Of a stretch of 64,000 nucleotides of DNA, positions 22,914-36,554 are shown in pieces. The translations under genes and the position numbers were made by a program. The stretch is from NCBI GenBank assembly GCA_964016885.1, contig OZ024742.1, forward strand, positions 189,782,001 to 189,846,000. The letters are read 5' to 3'. Position 1 is the stretch's first letter. The number at the start of each line of letters is the position of its first letter. Source of the DNA: Eledone cirrhosa. Lineage: Eukaryota. Under the pieces are notes generated by a model, which was given only the letters and a program-made list of their open reading frames with translations, searched no databases and was not told the origin of the DNA.

Positions 22914-22939
22914 ATGAAAGGTTTCTTCTCCAGTGAGAG
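22914..22939 (+). other. Candidate 26-nt micro-exon (MKGFFSSE[R/S])
   Basis: GATTAAC branch-like motif, CTTTCCCTTCCAG acceptor, GAG|GTGAGT donor; only one frame is open. Confidence 0.35.
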
Positions 22940-24625
22940 GTGAGTGAGTCATGTCAGGGCCATATTGAAATTGCACATCTCACCTAACAGACAGCTGGTG
23001 TGACCAACACCATATCAGGAAGTATTCCCCATAATAACATCTTAACTGTTGTCTTCATAAATTTGGAATTAATAAAAAAAAAAAATTTTAATGACAATCA
23101 GAAATGCAGCTACATATATATGGAAGATCATTGAAATCAAAAATTATTTAAGCATTAGCTTAAAACATCTTTTTAAAAATTACAATTAGCAGTGACCTTC
23201 ATAACTATACAAACATTTTCTAAAACATCACTTATAATATTTCTGAATGGATAATTAAATACATCTCAGAGTCTTAGGCCATGCTGGGGCATGACCATTA
23301 TAAGTAGAAAGAAAATGTTTTTTTCTTTTTAATTTTGACTAAAGTAAGCAGAATTGTGGCTATTAACAATTTCATTTCAATATTATTTAGCAGTATCGGT
23401 AGAATATCAGAAAACGTGCTTTGCGGCATAGAGTTAATACAATAGTTAATACAATAGCAAGCATTATTCTAAGGTCATTTATATAGGGGATAGACTTGTG
23501 GGCCCCATGACATGAGGTTCATTTTTAGGCAAAATTTCACCAGATGCCTCTCCTGGCACAACACCAACCCTTTTAGTTGCCTCATAAGATTTGCTTCATA
23601 CAACATGTGTACCTATGATAAACTAGATGCACATAAAATTGCTGTTCAATATTTACAAATAATGAATTTAAAATGTTTATCTAAACCTCTTTACAATTAA
23701 ATATTTACTCTTCATTACTATTCCTAAATCTTCTAATATATTAGGACAATCAATTACTCATAACTAAAAGGACTTTTAAAAACTAAGTACAAGATATCTT
23801 AAAATAAATTGTGAATATAATCCCAAACATGATTAATATGATTTTACATATACTTTCTATGCTGGCATGGGTTGGATCGTTGTTACAGTCAGTGTCAATG
23901 CTTATTTGGAGTTACTACCATTACTATCGTCCTAAAAGGATTGAGAGACCACATATCATTTGTACATTTTGTACATTCCAATTTTGTGCATAGTTTTTTA
24001 AATATATTTAATTAACATATATTCAACTTGTCTGTGTTAACTGTTAAGATACTAAATTTCTTGAAACCATGCCTGGTTCTATGATTCAAAATTGCTTTAA
24101 AATGTTTATATTTATTTAAACACCTTCCATTATAATTTTACATTAGAACCATTGCTAATTTATATTCCATAAATCAGAAAGTTAGTTATATTACTAAATA
24201 CCTACAAGTTCTTTTATTATTTTCACAATTATTTAAAAATCATAAGCATTGGCACATTAAAAAATATGACAATAAAAAGATTCAAGTGTTTATATTTATC
24301 TAAAAACATTCCATCATAATTTCATGTAAAAAACTTTTGTTATGTTATGCTCCAAACACTAGCTTGATAATGGATGAAGTTAGTTATATTACTAAATACC
24401 ACGAGATTCTTAATTATTTTCAAGATTAGTTGAAGTTCATAGGCAGTATCTTTCATTAGAAATTTGGTGTTAAAAGGGTTAAAAGACCCTGTGGTAAAAC
24501 AGCAATGCTCTAGCTGTAGGTCAAAACAGAGAGCAGCTCAATTAGTTTAAACTGGTTATTATTAAGGTGGGCACATGTATGAAAAGGTGCAAAATTTCCC
24601 TTTGTCTTTCATGGCTGTTAATTAA

Positions 24626-24858
24626 CCCTTTTACGACCTTATTTTTAATGAAATACACTGCATTTCAATTATCCTTGGAAGGATTTACTAAAATAATTAT
24701 TTCACTATTATGATTGTAATTGTAAGATAACTTAACAAAGGTTTCTTATATATAATTATACATGCTGGAAGATATTAATTTAGATAGGAACCCCTTAAAA
24801 TGACTGGTTTTGTTTCATAGAACAAGAGGCAATGTTGAGTGGGTTGGTATCAAAAGGG
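24626..24858. mobile_element. piggyBac-like MITE, opposite orientation to 20802-21045
   Basis: TTAA|CCCTTTTACGACC ... GGTATCAAAAGGG|TTAA. Confidence 0.7.
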
Positions 24859-25064
24859 TTAAGGTGAGGGTGACAAACCTCCCTTTGCTCTCCTCTCACT
24901 CCAGTTGCTGAAATTTAGTGCATCCTGACTTTTACCACCAAGGATGTCTACTTGTGATCCTCTAACAGAGAGAGAAAGCAGTTTAAAGCTACATTACAGA
25001 AATATGTAATGCATAACAGGCACTGATTTAACAAATTTACATTAAGCACATTTATGCATAGCCT

Positions 25065-25335
25065 ATCTCAGACTGTGTGATGCATAATGTCCTTGAGCAA
25101 GACACTTTATTTCATGTTGCTCCTGTTTACTCAGCTGTAAAAATGTGTTGCAACATCGCTGGTGCCAAGCTGTATCGACCTTTGCCTTTCTTTTGGACAA
25201 TATCCAATGGAGAAGGGAGACTGGTATACATGAGCAACTACTGGTCTTCCACAAACAACCTTGCCTGGACTTGTGCCTCAGAATGTGCAAATCCCATGGT
25301 CATTTGTGACTGAAGAGGGTCTTTACCCTTACCTT
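25065..25335 (+). mobile_element. 5'-truncated CORE-type SINE
   Basis: GTCCTTGAGCAAGACACTTTATTTCATGTTGCTCC; similar to 47672-47820; ends in CTTTACCCTTACCTTA. Confidence 0.7.
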
Positions 25336-26766
25336 ATATTACACCAAATAACTTGAATATTGAACCCATGTGTGTTGTGTGTCTTAGACAGTGAGGTACC
25401 ACAATGAATACTGCAAAACACTTAGGCTGTCTTTCTTTAATATCTTGACTATCCTCCTTACAGTAGATTAAGAGGGGGTTGGGGGAAAGGTCCATCCACC
25501 ACAGATGGCACAATCACAAGCTATGCCAATGTTCCATTACTTTAGCAGTCATTAACAATAAACCATGTTAAAAGTCGAAAAATTAAAAACGAAAAATAAT
25601 TACTTTTATTGCTTATTTTAAAAAAATGCAGGTATATTTCATATACAAGTTCTATTTTATGGAAATTTTACTTCTGATGTAGTTTAATTTCTTACATATC
25701 CATAAATTTGGTTTATTGTATGAACATAGAAATATATATATTGTACACTTTGGAAAGGTGTTTGGTTTTAGAAATAGCATCTAGCCACATAGTTCTTGCC
25801 AAACAATGAAACATATGAGAAGGATGAAATCTCCAGAAGTATCAAGTTGAGCAGTAGCTTCAAATAGGAATTGATACTGATTGTAATGATATAACCAACC
25901 CATGCAAACATAGAAAATAGATGTACAATGATAATAATGATAATAATAGTGGTGATATAAGTATGTTAAGAAACTAATATATTAATTCCCTGTATGGGTG
26001 CACAACCTACTGGTTAAGGTAAGGTCTTACAATCATAAGTTCATGGGTTTGATCTTTGGTTGAGGTGGAGGGTTGTGTCTTTGAGCAAGGCAGTTTATTT
26101 CATATTTCACCAGTCCACTCAGCTGAAATCATGAGTAGTAGCAGCTGAAGATTAACCTTGCAATGAGCTGGCATCTTTTCTAAGGAAGTTTTGTACTTTC
26201 TGTCACTTAACAGCCCATGGAAATTATATAAGTTTCAGTCTGTTTAGGCTTGAGAAAGACTTTAATTTTTAACATTTCTTCCTATTTGAATAAAATATCA
26301 TTGTAGTATTTATTTGTAATTCTACATTTTGGAAGTATAATTTTCTATTGTTCAGACTAGGAGTTCATTACAAAATAAAATATCATTTACATAACCATAA
26401 TCTACACTTTCAAAAATGTATCTCTGCAAAATGTTATTTAAAAATAAGCACCACAAAAACAACACACCAAAATATCATTGTGGTATTTATTCTACATTTC
26501 TCCATTCTGAGTGTAAATCCTACTGAGGTCAACTTTGCCTTTTATCCTTCCAGAATCTGTAAAATAAAGTATCAGTCAAGTACTGGGTTTCTTTTAATCA
26601 ATGTTGCTCTTCCCCCAAAATTTGCTGGCCTTGTGTCTAAATTCAAAATCAACAATAATTCCTTGGTGACAGTTTGTGAAGTGTGTTAACTGACCTCTTT
26701 ATTCTGCTTCCCTTACATATGCAGGTGTTGTAGGGTGATAATAAAATCCTGCTAATCTAGTGCTGT

Positions 26767-27047
26767 GGAGGCATGTGGCCTAGTGGTAAGGGTGTTGGAC
26801 TAACAATCATAATGTTGTAGGTTTAATTCCTAGGTTGTGTGTTGTGTTCTTGAGCAAAAACTTCATTTCACATTGCTGCAGTATACTCAGCTGAAAATGA
26901 GTACCAGCAGTAGCTAAGGTTTTAACCCTGTGATGGAGAGGCGTCCTGTCCAGGGGGATCTCTTGTACTCTCAGTCACTTAACACCATAAGACCAGGATA
27001 AGCACCATCTCATGAACCTCCTGGCTTCAGACAGACATTAGAGTTTA
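26767..27047 (+). mobile_element. tRNA/CORE SINE family D
   Basis: GGAGGCATGTGGCCTAGTGG head; AACCCTGTGATGGAGAGGCGTCCTGTCCAGGGGG; similar to 27973-28260 and 30800-30980 (-). Confidence 0.8.
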
Positions 27048-27688
27048 ATCTTGTGTTGCACAGGATAAATTATCAGATATACCTGCTAGCAGAGAAAATG
27101 GACAATAAACGATGATGTTGATGATGCAACTTAATATCATTTATTTTCCAAACTACAATTTCCAGCTATATTCAATTGATAGTAGAGGGCTAAGCCCCAC
27201 CAAACTATCTTCATTTTAGCATTATACATGATTTTCTTTTCTTTGACAAATCCAATGACCCCTTAAGGATCAGGTGTTAATTTATATGTATACTAGCAGT
27301 ATTAGCCATCATTGCCCACGTTTATATGATCTATCAGAAAAAGTTACATAGCCTATGAATTTCTCCTTGAAAAGATGTACCCCTATACAAAATCTTTGTT
27401 AACTAGATGTGAACTGTAACCTGTGGCCTACAACATTCATACATATATCCACATCGGATACAGACAACACATGCCAGGACAGCCCATCATCTCCTTCAAG
27501 ATGACAGTAGGGACCCTGACTAGACAGTACTGCATGTTTTAGGGGATTGCCCCCTCAGATGTTTTCCCAGTGGCCTGGAGGCTATTCATTATACTGCAAA
27601 TGATGCCTTCGTCTGGCTCACCAGTCTTGACCTGCCTCTCTAGTAGAGCTACTGTGCATATGTCATATGATAAGAAGAAGACTTTTAC

Positions 27689-27719
<31 letters not shown>

Positions 27720-27734
27720 GTAATAATAATAATT

Positions 27735-27912
27735 AATTGTTTCTACATTTGGCACAAGGCCAGCAATTACCCAGTACATTACTGGTACTTTATTTTATCG
27801 ACCCCGTAAGGATGAAAGGCAAAGTTAACCTCGGCGGGATTTGAACTCAGACTGTAAAGGGACGTAACTATGCTAGAAAGCATGGCGTCCAACCCTCTAC
27901 CGATACTGCCAA
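27735..27912 (-). mobile_element. SINE family B
   Basis: Reverse complement of the family B consensus. Confidence 0.85.
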
Positions 27913-27972
27913 TATAATTAATAACTAATTAATATATATATATCTATATCTATATCTCTCTATATATATATT

Positions 27973-28260
27973 GAAGGTGCATGACTTAGTGGTTAGAGCA
28001 TTAGGCTTGCAATCTAAAGGTTGTGAGTTCAATTCTCGGACTGAGTGATGTGTTGTTTCCTTGAGCAAGACACTTTATTTCACATTGCTCCAGTTTACTC
28101 AGCTGAAAATGAGTACCAGCAATAGCTGGAGGTTTAACCCTGCGATGGACAGGCGTCCTGTCCAGGGGGGAGTCTTGTACTTTCAGTCACTTCACGCCAT
28201 GAAACCGGGATAAGCACTGGCCAAATGAGCCTTCTGGCTTAAGACAGACTTTAGACTTTT
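27973..28260 (+). mobile_element. tRNA/CORE SINE family D
   Basis: Same head and CORE as family A, with a different 3' half (AACCCTGCGATGGACAGGCGTCCTGTCCAGGG...GAAACCGGGATAAGC) and an AGACTTT repeat tail. Confidence 0.85.
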
Positions 28261-28289
28261 TTTTTAGACATATATATATTTTGGTTGTG

Positions 28290-28499
28290 TATGTGTCATA
28301 ACAAAAAGCACCAAGTACTCATTGTAAATGTGGTTAGCGTTAGGAAGGGCATCCAGCTGTAGAAACCATGCTAAAATCAGTTCTGTATGAGCAAGACATG
28401 GTCATCTGAGCTGGCCTATTTCACAGCTGAACAACTCATCTAACCCATGCTAACATAGAAAAATGGCCGTTAAACAGTGATGTTGATGACGATGATGAT
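28290..28499 (+). mobile_element. RTE-related SINE 3' half with (GAT)n tail
   Basis: GTTAGGAAGGGCATCCAGCTGTAGAAA ... TCTAACCCATGCTAAC. Confidence 0.75.
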
Positions 28500-28847
28500 A
28501 TATATATGTGTGTAATCAATACACAACTGCCACCACAAGTGCATGGCACACATTTTTATGCCTTAGTGTGAAAAACGTAAAATCACATACACTGCATTGA
28601 AAATAAAATATATTTTAGAGAAAGTTTGAAACTCTAAAACATGATATTTAATCAAATACTTATTTACCTTTATGTTCAAAATATTTTTCAGTGGATATAT
28701 ATATTATATAGATAGATAGATTCTTTATAAAAAGAGAGAAAAAAGTCTTCTACATATTGAAATCATAAGTTGTTTAGAATTGAATAAAATATTTATGTAT
28801 ATATGACATGAAACAGAAATCTTTGTTTCATATTCCAATGTATATAA

Positions 28848-28879
<32 letters not shown>

Positions 28880-29449
28880 GATAAACAGATATCAGTTAAT
28901 AAAGAATATATAGATCATTTTCAAATATCTAGAGAAGAATCTAAATGAGCTTTATAAATCAACCAACTCTTCTTTTATTCTTTTACTGGTTGTGGCCATG
29001 CAGGGGCATTGCCTTAATGGAATTTATATCAACTGTAGTACTTATTATTTCAAGACTGATGCTTATTTTATCGATTCCTTTTTTTTTAACCACTAAGTCA
29101 TGGAACATACACAGAGACATATAAACACAGACATGAGGACATAAACACATATACATAAGAATCATTTATATATCATATTATATATTTATGCTTATACATG
29201 GAACAAAGGCATTACCCAAGGTTCAAAGCCCAAATTTGCCCATGCCTCCAGCAAAATAGGGACCTTTCTACAGGTGCTCATGCGAGTTTATAAGATACTG
29301 TTTGAACACTGTTTTCCTTTTTCCTTTTCACATTTACGGATATTGCTACATACACATATACACATACATATATATATCATCATCATCATCATCATCATCG
29401 TTTAACGTCCATTTTCCACACTAGTATGGGTAGGACATATATGTATGTA

Positions 29450-29484
<35 letters not shown>

Positions 29485-31126
29485 GAGAGTCTTCTTAAGT
29501 TTCCACCTGCTAACTTTCAGTTACAAGACATTGGTCAACCCGAATTGCCATGTAGTGGAAATGAAACTGAAACCATATGGTTCCAAAGTGAGCTCTTTAA
29601 ACGCACAACCATACCTTTGTCTGTTCTTTTTTTATTTAGTTCTTATATTAAGGCATTGATGGACAAAAAATGTTAATATCAGATTGGTAGGTTTAATCTG
29701 TCAGCCTGTTTAACACCATCCCTTACCATAGGGGGTTGTTTTACTGAGTCCACTTTGTTGCAAGCAATTAGGCAAAGTCTCTGATTTGAAGATAAAGCAT
29801 TGATGATAATGGATACACTGACAGCTTTAGTGATGACCATTCAGTTGTTTGATAACTCTTTTTTTGACTTGAATGACTAATGTATAAGTGGTCGAGTATT
29901 CCAAAATTGAATTTAACCTTAACTAATTCTCAGGCAAAATCAGCATAGCACAATATGTGACAAGACAGGAGCTAGATTCCACACAGTTTTCTGTCTTCCC
30001 AATTTCACTCACTAAGAGCCTCATGATTGCAAACCAAAATATCTTAGTCATTCAGCCATACCTAGGTCTACTCCAGACAATAAGAATCAAATCAAAGTTC
30101 ATGTTTAACATTCTGTGTGATTTTAATGGAGGAGAATCTGGTAAATGTATCTAATAGTTTGCTGATCTAATTGCTTTCAACAAAGGCTTACTATATTATA
30201 TAACAGGGTGGGGTTGAACCTAGGATCTCATGATTGTGAAGGAAGTTCTTAACCACTCAGCTAGGCCTGCATCCACTAAAACTTTAGAAAGTGAATAAAA
30301 GATTACATTTTAATATAAACATTGTCAAAAAATGTCAACTATAAAAATAAACATGTATATATAAAAAAATTTTTTTAATTTTAACTATTTTCGGTAGTAA
30401 TAAAATTCTTTGTTTTGAATGATCTTCCATGTTAGCTGGTGTCACAAGCTCACAAGCAACATAGTACTTGGCACAAATCATGGACATGTTTTATAAGTTG
30501 TTTTGCATGGTTTTGCTTTTTGCTTGATTTATGAATTCCTTGGAATTTAATGGTAATTTTTTTTTATATACAATAGTTGCATAATTTTATTTGTATTATT
30601 TAATGTTTAAAATATATACATTTTCTAGTAATTCAATAATAATATAATATACAAATATAATAGTAGCAATAAGTTTAAGCTTCACTGTGATAAAGGAATA
30701 AATGTAAACATATTTCTTATCATTCTCTTCATACACAGAAAAACATAGAAGACTTCTTGTCTCTTGTTTTTCTCTGCACTATCAACTGTTTCTAAAAGTT
30801 TAAAGTCTGCTTTGAACCCAGAGGCTCATCAGGCTAGTGCTTATCCCAATTTCCATGGTTAAAAGCGACTGAGTGTACAAGACTTCCACCTGGACAGGAC
30901 ACTGATCCATTGCAAGGTTAAACCCCCAGCTACTGCTGGTACTCATTTTCAACTGAGTATACTGGAGCAATGCAAAATGAAGGAAAACTAGGAAGACCAC
31001 TAATCAAAGTAAAATTCAAGATATATTTTGGTGCTTTGACTATAAGAAATAGAGAATATTATTACACATATCCACTTATATTAAGAACCAAATAGTTCCT
31101 CCAGATATCTGATACAGAAAAAATCT

Positions 31127-31322
31127 AAATTTGTTTATCGCTACCAAAATAATTTATGATGAAGAGAAAATTATTAAGCTTGATATTATGAATAATGAAA
31201 ACATAAACACATTTAAAAATATATAAATTTGTTTCTAACCACCAAAATAATTTATGACTAATGGAAACATTTTAAGATTGATATTACAAATAACCAAAAT
31301 ATAAACATACTTTAACAGTATA
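31127..31322. repeat. Diverged tandem duplication, ~98-bp unit x2
   Basis: AAATTTGTTT...ACCAAAATAATTTATGA...TTAAG.TTGATATTA...ATAAACA occurs twice. Confidence 0.7.
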
Positions 31323-31529
31323 AAATAAAATTAAAATGTTTTAGAAGAATACAGCAACACAAATAGAACATTAAATTTTAAAAGTAACAATAACAAAGAT
31401 ATTGAAATATTACCTTGGTAATATTAAATTACTCTTTATATTTCGGGAAATATCCACTTCTCAAAGTATTTAAGGAATTAAACAATACTGAGAGTTGCAT
31501 TTGCTTAATATGGTAGCATTTTGCTTAGA

Positions 31530-31564
<35 letters not shown>

Positions 31565-31567
<3 letters not shown>

Positions 31568-31773
31568 GGTCTTCATAATTATGAACTGGACTCCACCAGG
31601 TGGCAAATGGAAGAGGGGTTGCCCTAGGATCCCCTGGCAACGAACATTCCGAAAAGACCTAATGGAAGCCAACATCACTTGGCATGGATGCAAAAAAGCC
31701 ATCGCTGATCATGACCATTGGCGAGTACTTACTGTTCGATGCGCCAAACGGCACTGAAGAACCTAAGACTAAG
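31565..31773 (+). mobile_element. 3' fragment of a third RTE family with CTAAGA tail
   Basis: MNWTPPGGKWKRGCPRIPWQRTFRKDL...DHDHWRVLT matches the RTE C-terminal W.P.GKR.RGRP..TW motif; tail CTAAGACTAAGA. Confidence 0.75.
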
Positions 31774-32643
31774 ATATATATATATATATTGGTTTCATTG
31801 TTTTAATTCACCCTTAATATAATCTTTTACAAATCATGTATAAGCAAAACCTTGAAAACTTTTCTTATAAATGGTTCCATATATGCTTCATGTTTATATA
31901 TTTGTGCAAATCTCTCGAAAAACATAAGATATAATTACCTCATATTCTTTCAACTAATGAACTTAGCTATGTTGTGGCTGTGTATATCAAATAAAGCATA
32001 ACAAAGAAAAAACAATTTGTGATTTGGACGTTGAAAAATTGATATGTCACAATAACTATTCCATTATTTGAAAGCAAATGAAGTAATTACTCCTGAAAAG
32101 AAGACAAAAAGAAACCAGTTTGTTTTGACACAAGAGGTTATGAAATAAATGTCACAATCATTCAATGTAGTGATCTATTTTGTCAACTGTCATTTGATGG
32201 TTGTTGCACAGCTGGTGTTCTGTTCACACATTCACACTCCATTTGCTGTTTTTTTGTGATGTTAGCTTTCGATTGACTGCTCAAACTACCATTGTGTTGG
32301 TGCATAACCCATTTTGTTTTCAATTCTCTCTCTCTCGATCTTTCACTCTCTCAATCTCTCACTTTCTTTCACTCTCTTTCTCAATCTCTTTCTCACTCTC
32401 TCTCACTCACTCTCTTTCAAAATCTCTCTCTCTCCATTTCTTATTCAAAAGAATCACCAAAGATGGTGTTTCAGCTCTTCTGACTAAACTCTATTCTTTT
32501 AGGATACTTAATATATTCTGCTAAAGCCTTGCTTATTTTTTTCTCACATCAGCATGAATGCATCCAGTGCTGCCATAATAATAAAAGTATATATCACTCT
32601 GACAAATATTATCAACATATGCAGACATCTATTATGTATAAAA

Positions 32644-32686
<43 letters not shown>

Positions 32687-32691
32687 GTGCA

Positions 32692-32726
<35 letters not shown>

Positions 32727-32846
32727 GCATATATATTAAAAAGTAAACAGAAATAATAAACCAAATGACACAATACATTGAATATATATATATGTGTGTG
32801 TAAAAAGTAAACAGAAACAACAAACCAAATGACACAGTACATATCA

Positions 32847-32904
<58 letters not shown>

Positions 32905-32917
32905 TTATGTTTATATA

Positions 32918-34005
32918 CAGGGCTGCTCAGTTCTTTGAGGACATATTTTGATAGCTCTAATGTTTTTCTAAATTGTTCTGATTATCATTTCTTTTCAGAT
33001 AAATGATGACAGGCTAACTCAGCAAATGAAAAGGCACACTGTATTTATTGCCTTAAAGACAGAGCATAGTGATTTAGGGAGTGCTTGCTTCCTGAAACTT
33101 TGCATGATTATTTGGTGTGAGATATTGCAAAGTGCTGGAAACTGCTGATGAGCATCCTACAACAGTAACCTGCTAAGGCTCCTAATACCATAAGAATATT
33201 ACTAATGAGCTCAAGGTTTCAAGTTACACCATTGGAAGAATTGTGCATCAGGATCTACAATACAAAGCATATGTGATGATGGGAGGCCAACTTATGTGTG
33301 CAAAGACAAAAAATAACGATCTGATCAGCACAAGGGGCTTGTTGAGCAAGTTGACGCATCAAAAGCCTAAAATGCTTTGGTTTTTATCTGATGAGAAACA
33401 TTTTGATCAGGTCCAAATTTTCAACCGAAAGAAGAGCAGATGGTTATGAAGGGACCCTAACAGTTTCCAACAGTCATGCACACGAAGTTTCTGGCAATTG
33501 TGATGGTTCTGGGAGTCATGAGCAATGAGGGAGAGGTTATACCTCCTCACTTCTTTTTTCAGGCTTAAGGGTCAATACTACCAATTATATAGAAGTGTTG
33601 GAGAGGGCTGTGATGCTTTGGAAAGAGACCAAGAGCAAAGGAAGACTATACATCTAACGACAAGGCTCATGTTACCTCAAACATATTGCTCCTCAGCTCT
33701 CCTGAACTAAATCTGTTAGTCTACTAACTATGGGACATAGTCAAGAAGGAAGTCAATCTTTAAACTCTGTCATAACTAGAACAATGTCCAAAATAGATAA
33801 AGATCATCTACTTTGAGCTTGTCAATGTTTCAGACGTCCTATTGAAGCATTTGTTGACGCTAACAGCAAATTCATTGAGGAAAAGTGTCAAGAAGTGTCC
33901 CAAAATTATTCATGCCAATATTTTCTCAAATAAACTTCTTCTTTCATGACTTATGCATCTTTTAGTAAATTCATGGAAATGTCCTCAAAGAACTGAGCAG
34001 CCCTG
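32918..34005 (+). mobile_element. Tc1/mariner DNA transposon relic (maT/DD37D-like), 27-bp perfect TIRs
   Basis: TIR CAGGGCTGCTCAGTTCTTTGAGGACAT at 32918-32944 and its reverse complement at 33979-34005; TA on the left flank; fragments LSDEKHFDQ...NR...RWL, PTVMHTKF..VMVLGVMSNEG, SSPELNLL.Y. Confidence 0.9.
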
Positions 34006-34046
34006 TGTGTGTATATATATATATATATATACATGCATACACACAA

Positions 34047-34093
<47 letters not shown>

Positions 34094-34180
34094 ACACACG
34101 CATGTATATATATATGTATATATATAGGCATATGCATACAGATACACACACATACACACACACTCAGATATATATAATAT

Positions 34181-34254
<74 letters not shown>

Positions 34255-35725
34255 GACTCATGTGTGTCTATGATTGAAAGGTTGTTTTCTGGTAGCATCT
34301 GTATGTGTATGAGTGTGTAATAATATAATATAACATACAATATAATTATATTTCTAAATATCTAAATGTATTTGAGTGGTGTTTGTGTATTTGTGCATTG
34401 ACATTTGTTTTGAAAAAGAAAACCTATTTTGTGTCACAAACTGATTGCCCGCCTTCAATTTGTTCCTTGCTTATGTGTTGGTCACACCAGTATATGCACC
34501 CCCCGTCCTTCAGTAATAATTATTCTGCTATCTGCTTCTCGTTCAATGATGGTTTTTTTTTTGTTGTTTTTTTTTGGTATATCAGATCTTGATCTTGCTA
34601 TGATGATTTTTTGCTTTTCCAGGTTTAAAAAAATATAACCCAAATGAAACTAAGACAGATCGATGTTGAATTATTGAAACCAATATTTTTTTTATTTGCC
34701 AGTATCTATGACTTCTATGATGGGTTCCATATTTTTTGACATGATATATATATATGTATGTATATATATATATTCATATATGTATATATATATCATTATA
34801 TATATATATATATACATACACATATATATGTATGTATATATATATTCATATATGTATATATATCATTATATATATATATGAATATAGATACATACATACA
34901 CATATATATATGTATATATATATCTATATGTAATGATATACATATATATATGTGTGTATATATAAGGTTTAACCTAACCATACATCTGGGTGATGTGGTT
35001 AAGCTTACTACCGTTATTGTCTTATTTTGTATTGTATCTTTTTTTAAATTTGTTTTGAATTATGTTTTCCTAATTTTGTACATCTTGTATTCCTTATGTT
35101 TTCTTTTGTTTGTTAATCTTTTAAATAATTTTAGTTTTAACCATATCTAAAGTTTTTCCTTTAAGTGTTTAAACTAATTATACATTTATATATAAATATA
35201 ATATCAGCCAATACATACAGGAAACAGTTATGTATTCCGAGCAGAAAACTGCATCTCTACCTCATCAGCCACCTTTCTGGTGTCCAATTTCGTGCATTAA
35301 AGTGGCATTACACTTGTAATTCCAGTTTGTGCAACAGATTGGAGAATCACTCTTTAGTTATGATACAAGAGAAATAATATACTTTTTGATAGTTTAGTCT
35401 AACACTAAATATGAACTGATCGAAGGAGTCAAATACTGTTTGAAGAATCAAAGTACCATTTATTATTTACATTGATTGTTCACTTGAATATTTCACCATT
35501 ACAACTGCCTTTACAAAAGAACTCTGAGAAGCCAATTGTATTAGTGAAATTTCAATGTAAACTGCTGGCTGATATATTTATATATCACAAACTATTTCCA
35601 TAGATTGAGAGTTCTTTCAAATTCAGCTATTCTTTAACAAACACCTCTACACTACACTATATATATATATATATATAATGAATATAAAAACAAATAACCA
35701 GGATTAAATTACATTAAATTATTTA

Positions 35726-35790
35726 ATTGAATGTTTCTATCAATACTTTAAGAAATTCCATTTTTTCCTCTGTACTGATTTCCTCAGAAT
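35726..35790 (-). ncRNA. Type-I hammerhead motif, canonical core, long loop II, in solo element ~35678-35825 between (TA)n tracts
   Basis: Reverse complement: ATT-CTGAGGA-A-ATCAGTAC-[25 nt]-GTATTGAT-A-GAAA-CAT-TC-AAT. Confidence 0.7.
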
Positions 35791-35930
35791 CTATTAAACA
35801 ACATAAATAACACAATTATTTTCCAATATATATATATATACAAATGTAGCAAAAATGACCATGGGAAGTAAAAAAGAATAAAGTACTCTATCTAGGGCTA
35901 GATAGGCTATTATTATTATGATTAATTTCA

Positions 35931-36120
35931 TACATGTATTGCACTACCTTAGGTTTCAAAGCCTAGGTATTGCAGCAACTGCTGACTATACACAGTGGTG
36001 CAAAATACATGAAGCAGCCTAAGTCTTACACTGCTGCTTCAAGCATTGTGCACTGCCATGTACACCCTGCATTTACTGCCATACCTAGATCTTGTAATCT
36101 AAGGTAGTACATTACATGTA
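35931..36120. repeat. Diverged fold-back/MITE-like element
   Basis: TACATGTATTGCACTACCTTAG...CTAGGTATTGCAG versus CTGCCATACCTAG...CTAAGGTAGTACATTACATGTA. Confidence 0.7.

Positions 36121-36124
<4 letters not shown>

Positions 36125-36209
<85 letters not shown>
36125..36209. repeat. (TG)n microsatellite
   Basis: Directly visible. Confidence 0.95.
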
Positions 36210-36212
<3 letters not shown>

Positions 36213-36554
36213 AATCATTTACATTTTAATTGAAATTTTTTTCAAACATCATTTTGAATAAAACATTTTTAATTCATTCAAATATAATACTTTCAGCAAG
36301 ATTAATTATTATACCTTATTTGAAACATTATATATTTAAAAAAATGAACCTGATATCATAATATAATTATTCATGTTAGTCTCATATTCTCTGAGGTTTA
36401 CTTTTTAATCCAGTAATTACATCACCAATATAAAATTGACATAATTATTATTGTAATCATATATTTTTTAATCTAAAGTTAAACTATTTAAATTTATGGC
36501 CTCATATTAGTCTGACAAATGACATTATATGAGACTGTGTATTGAAACTAAAGT

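Noticed and set aside
32739-32850. Short direct duplications between TA tracts (also 54536-54647)
   Set aside because: Most simply explained by slippage or unequal exchange within microsatellites.
34330-34745. Possible very decayed PLE GIY-YIG C-terminus on the minus strand
   Set aside because: Only a vague resemblance across multiple frameshifts; it needs a profile search.
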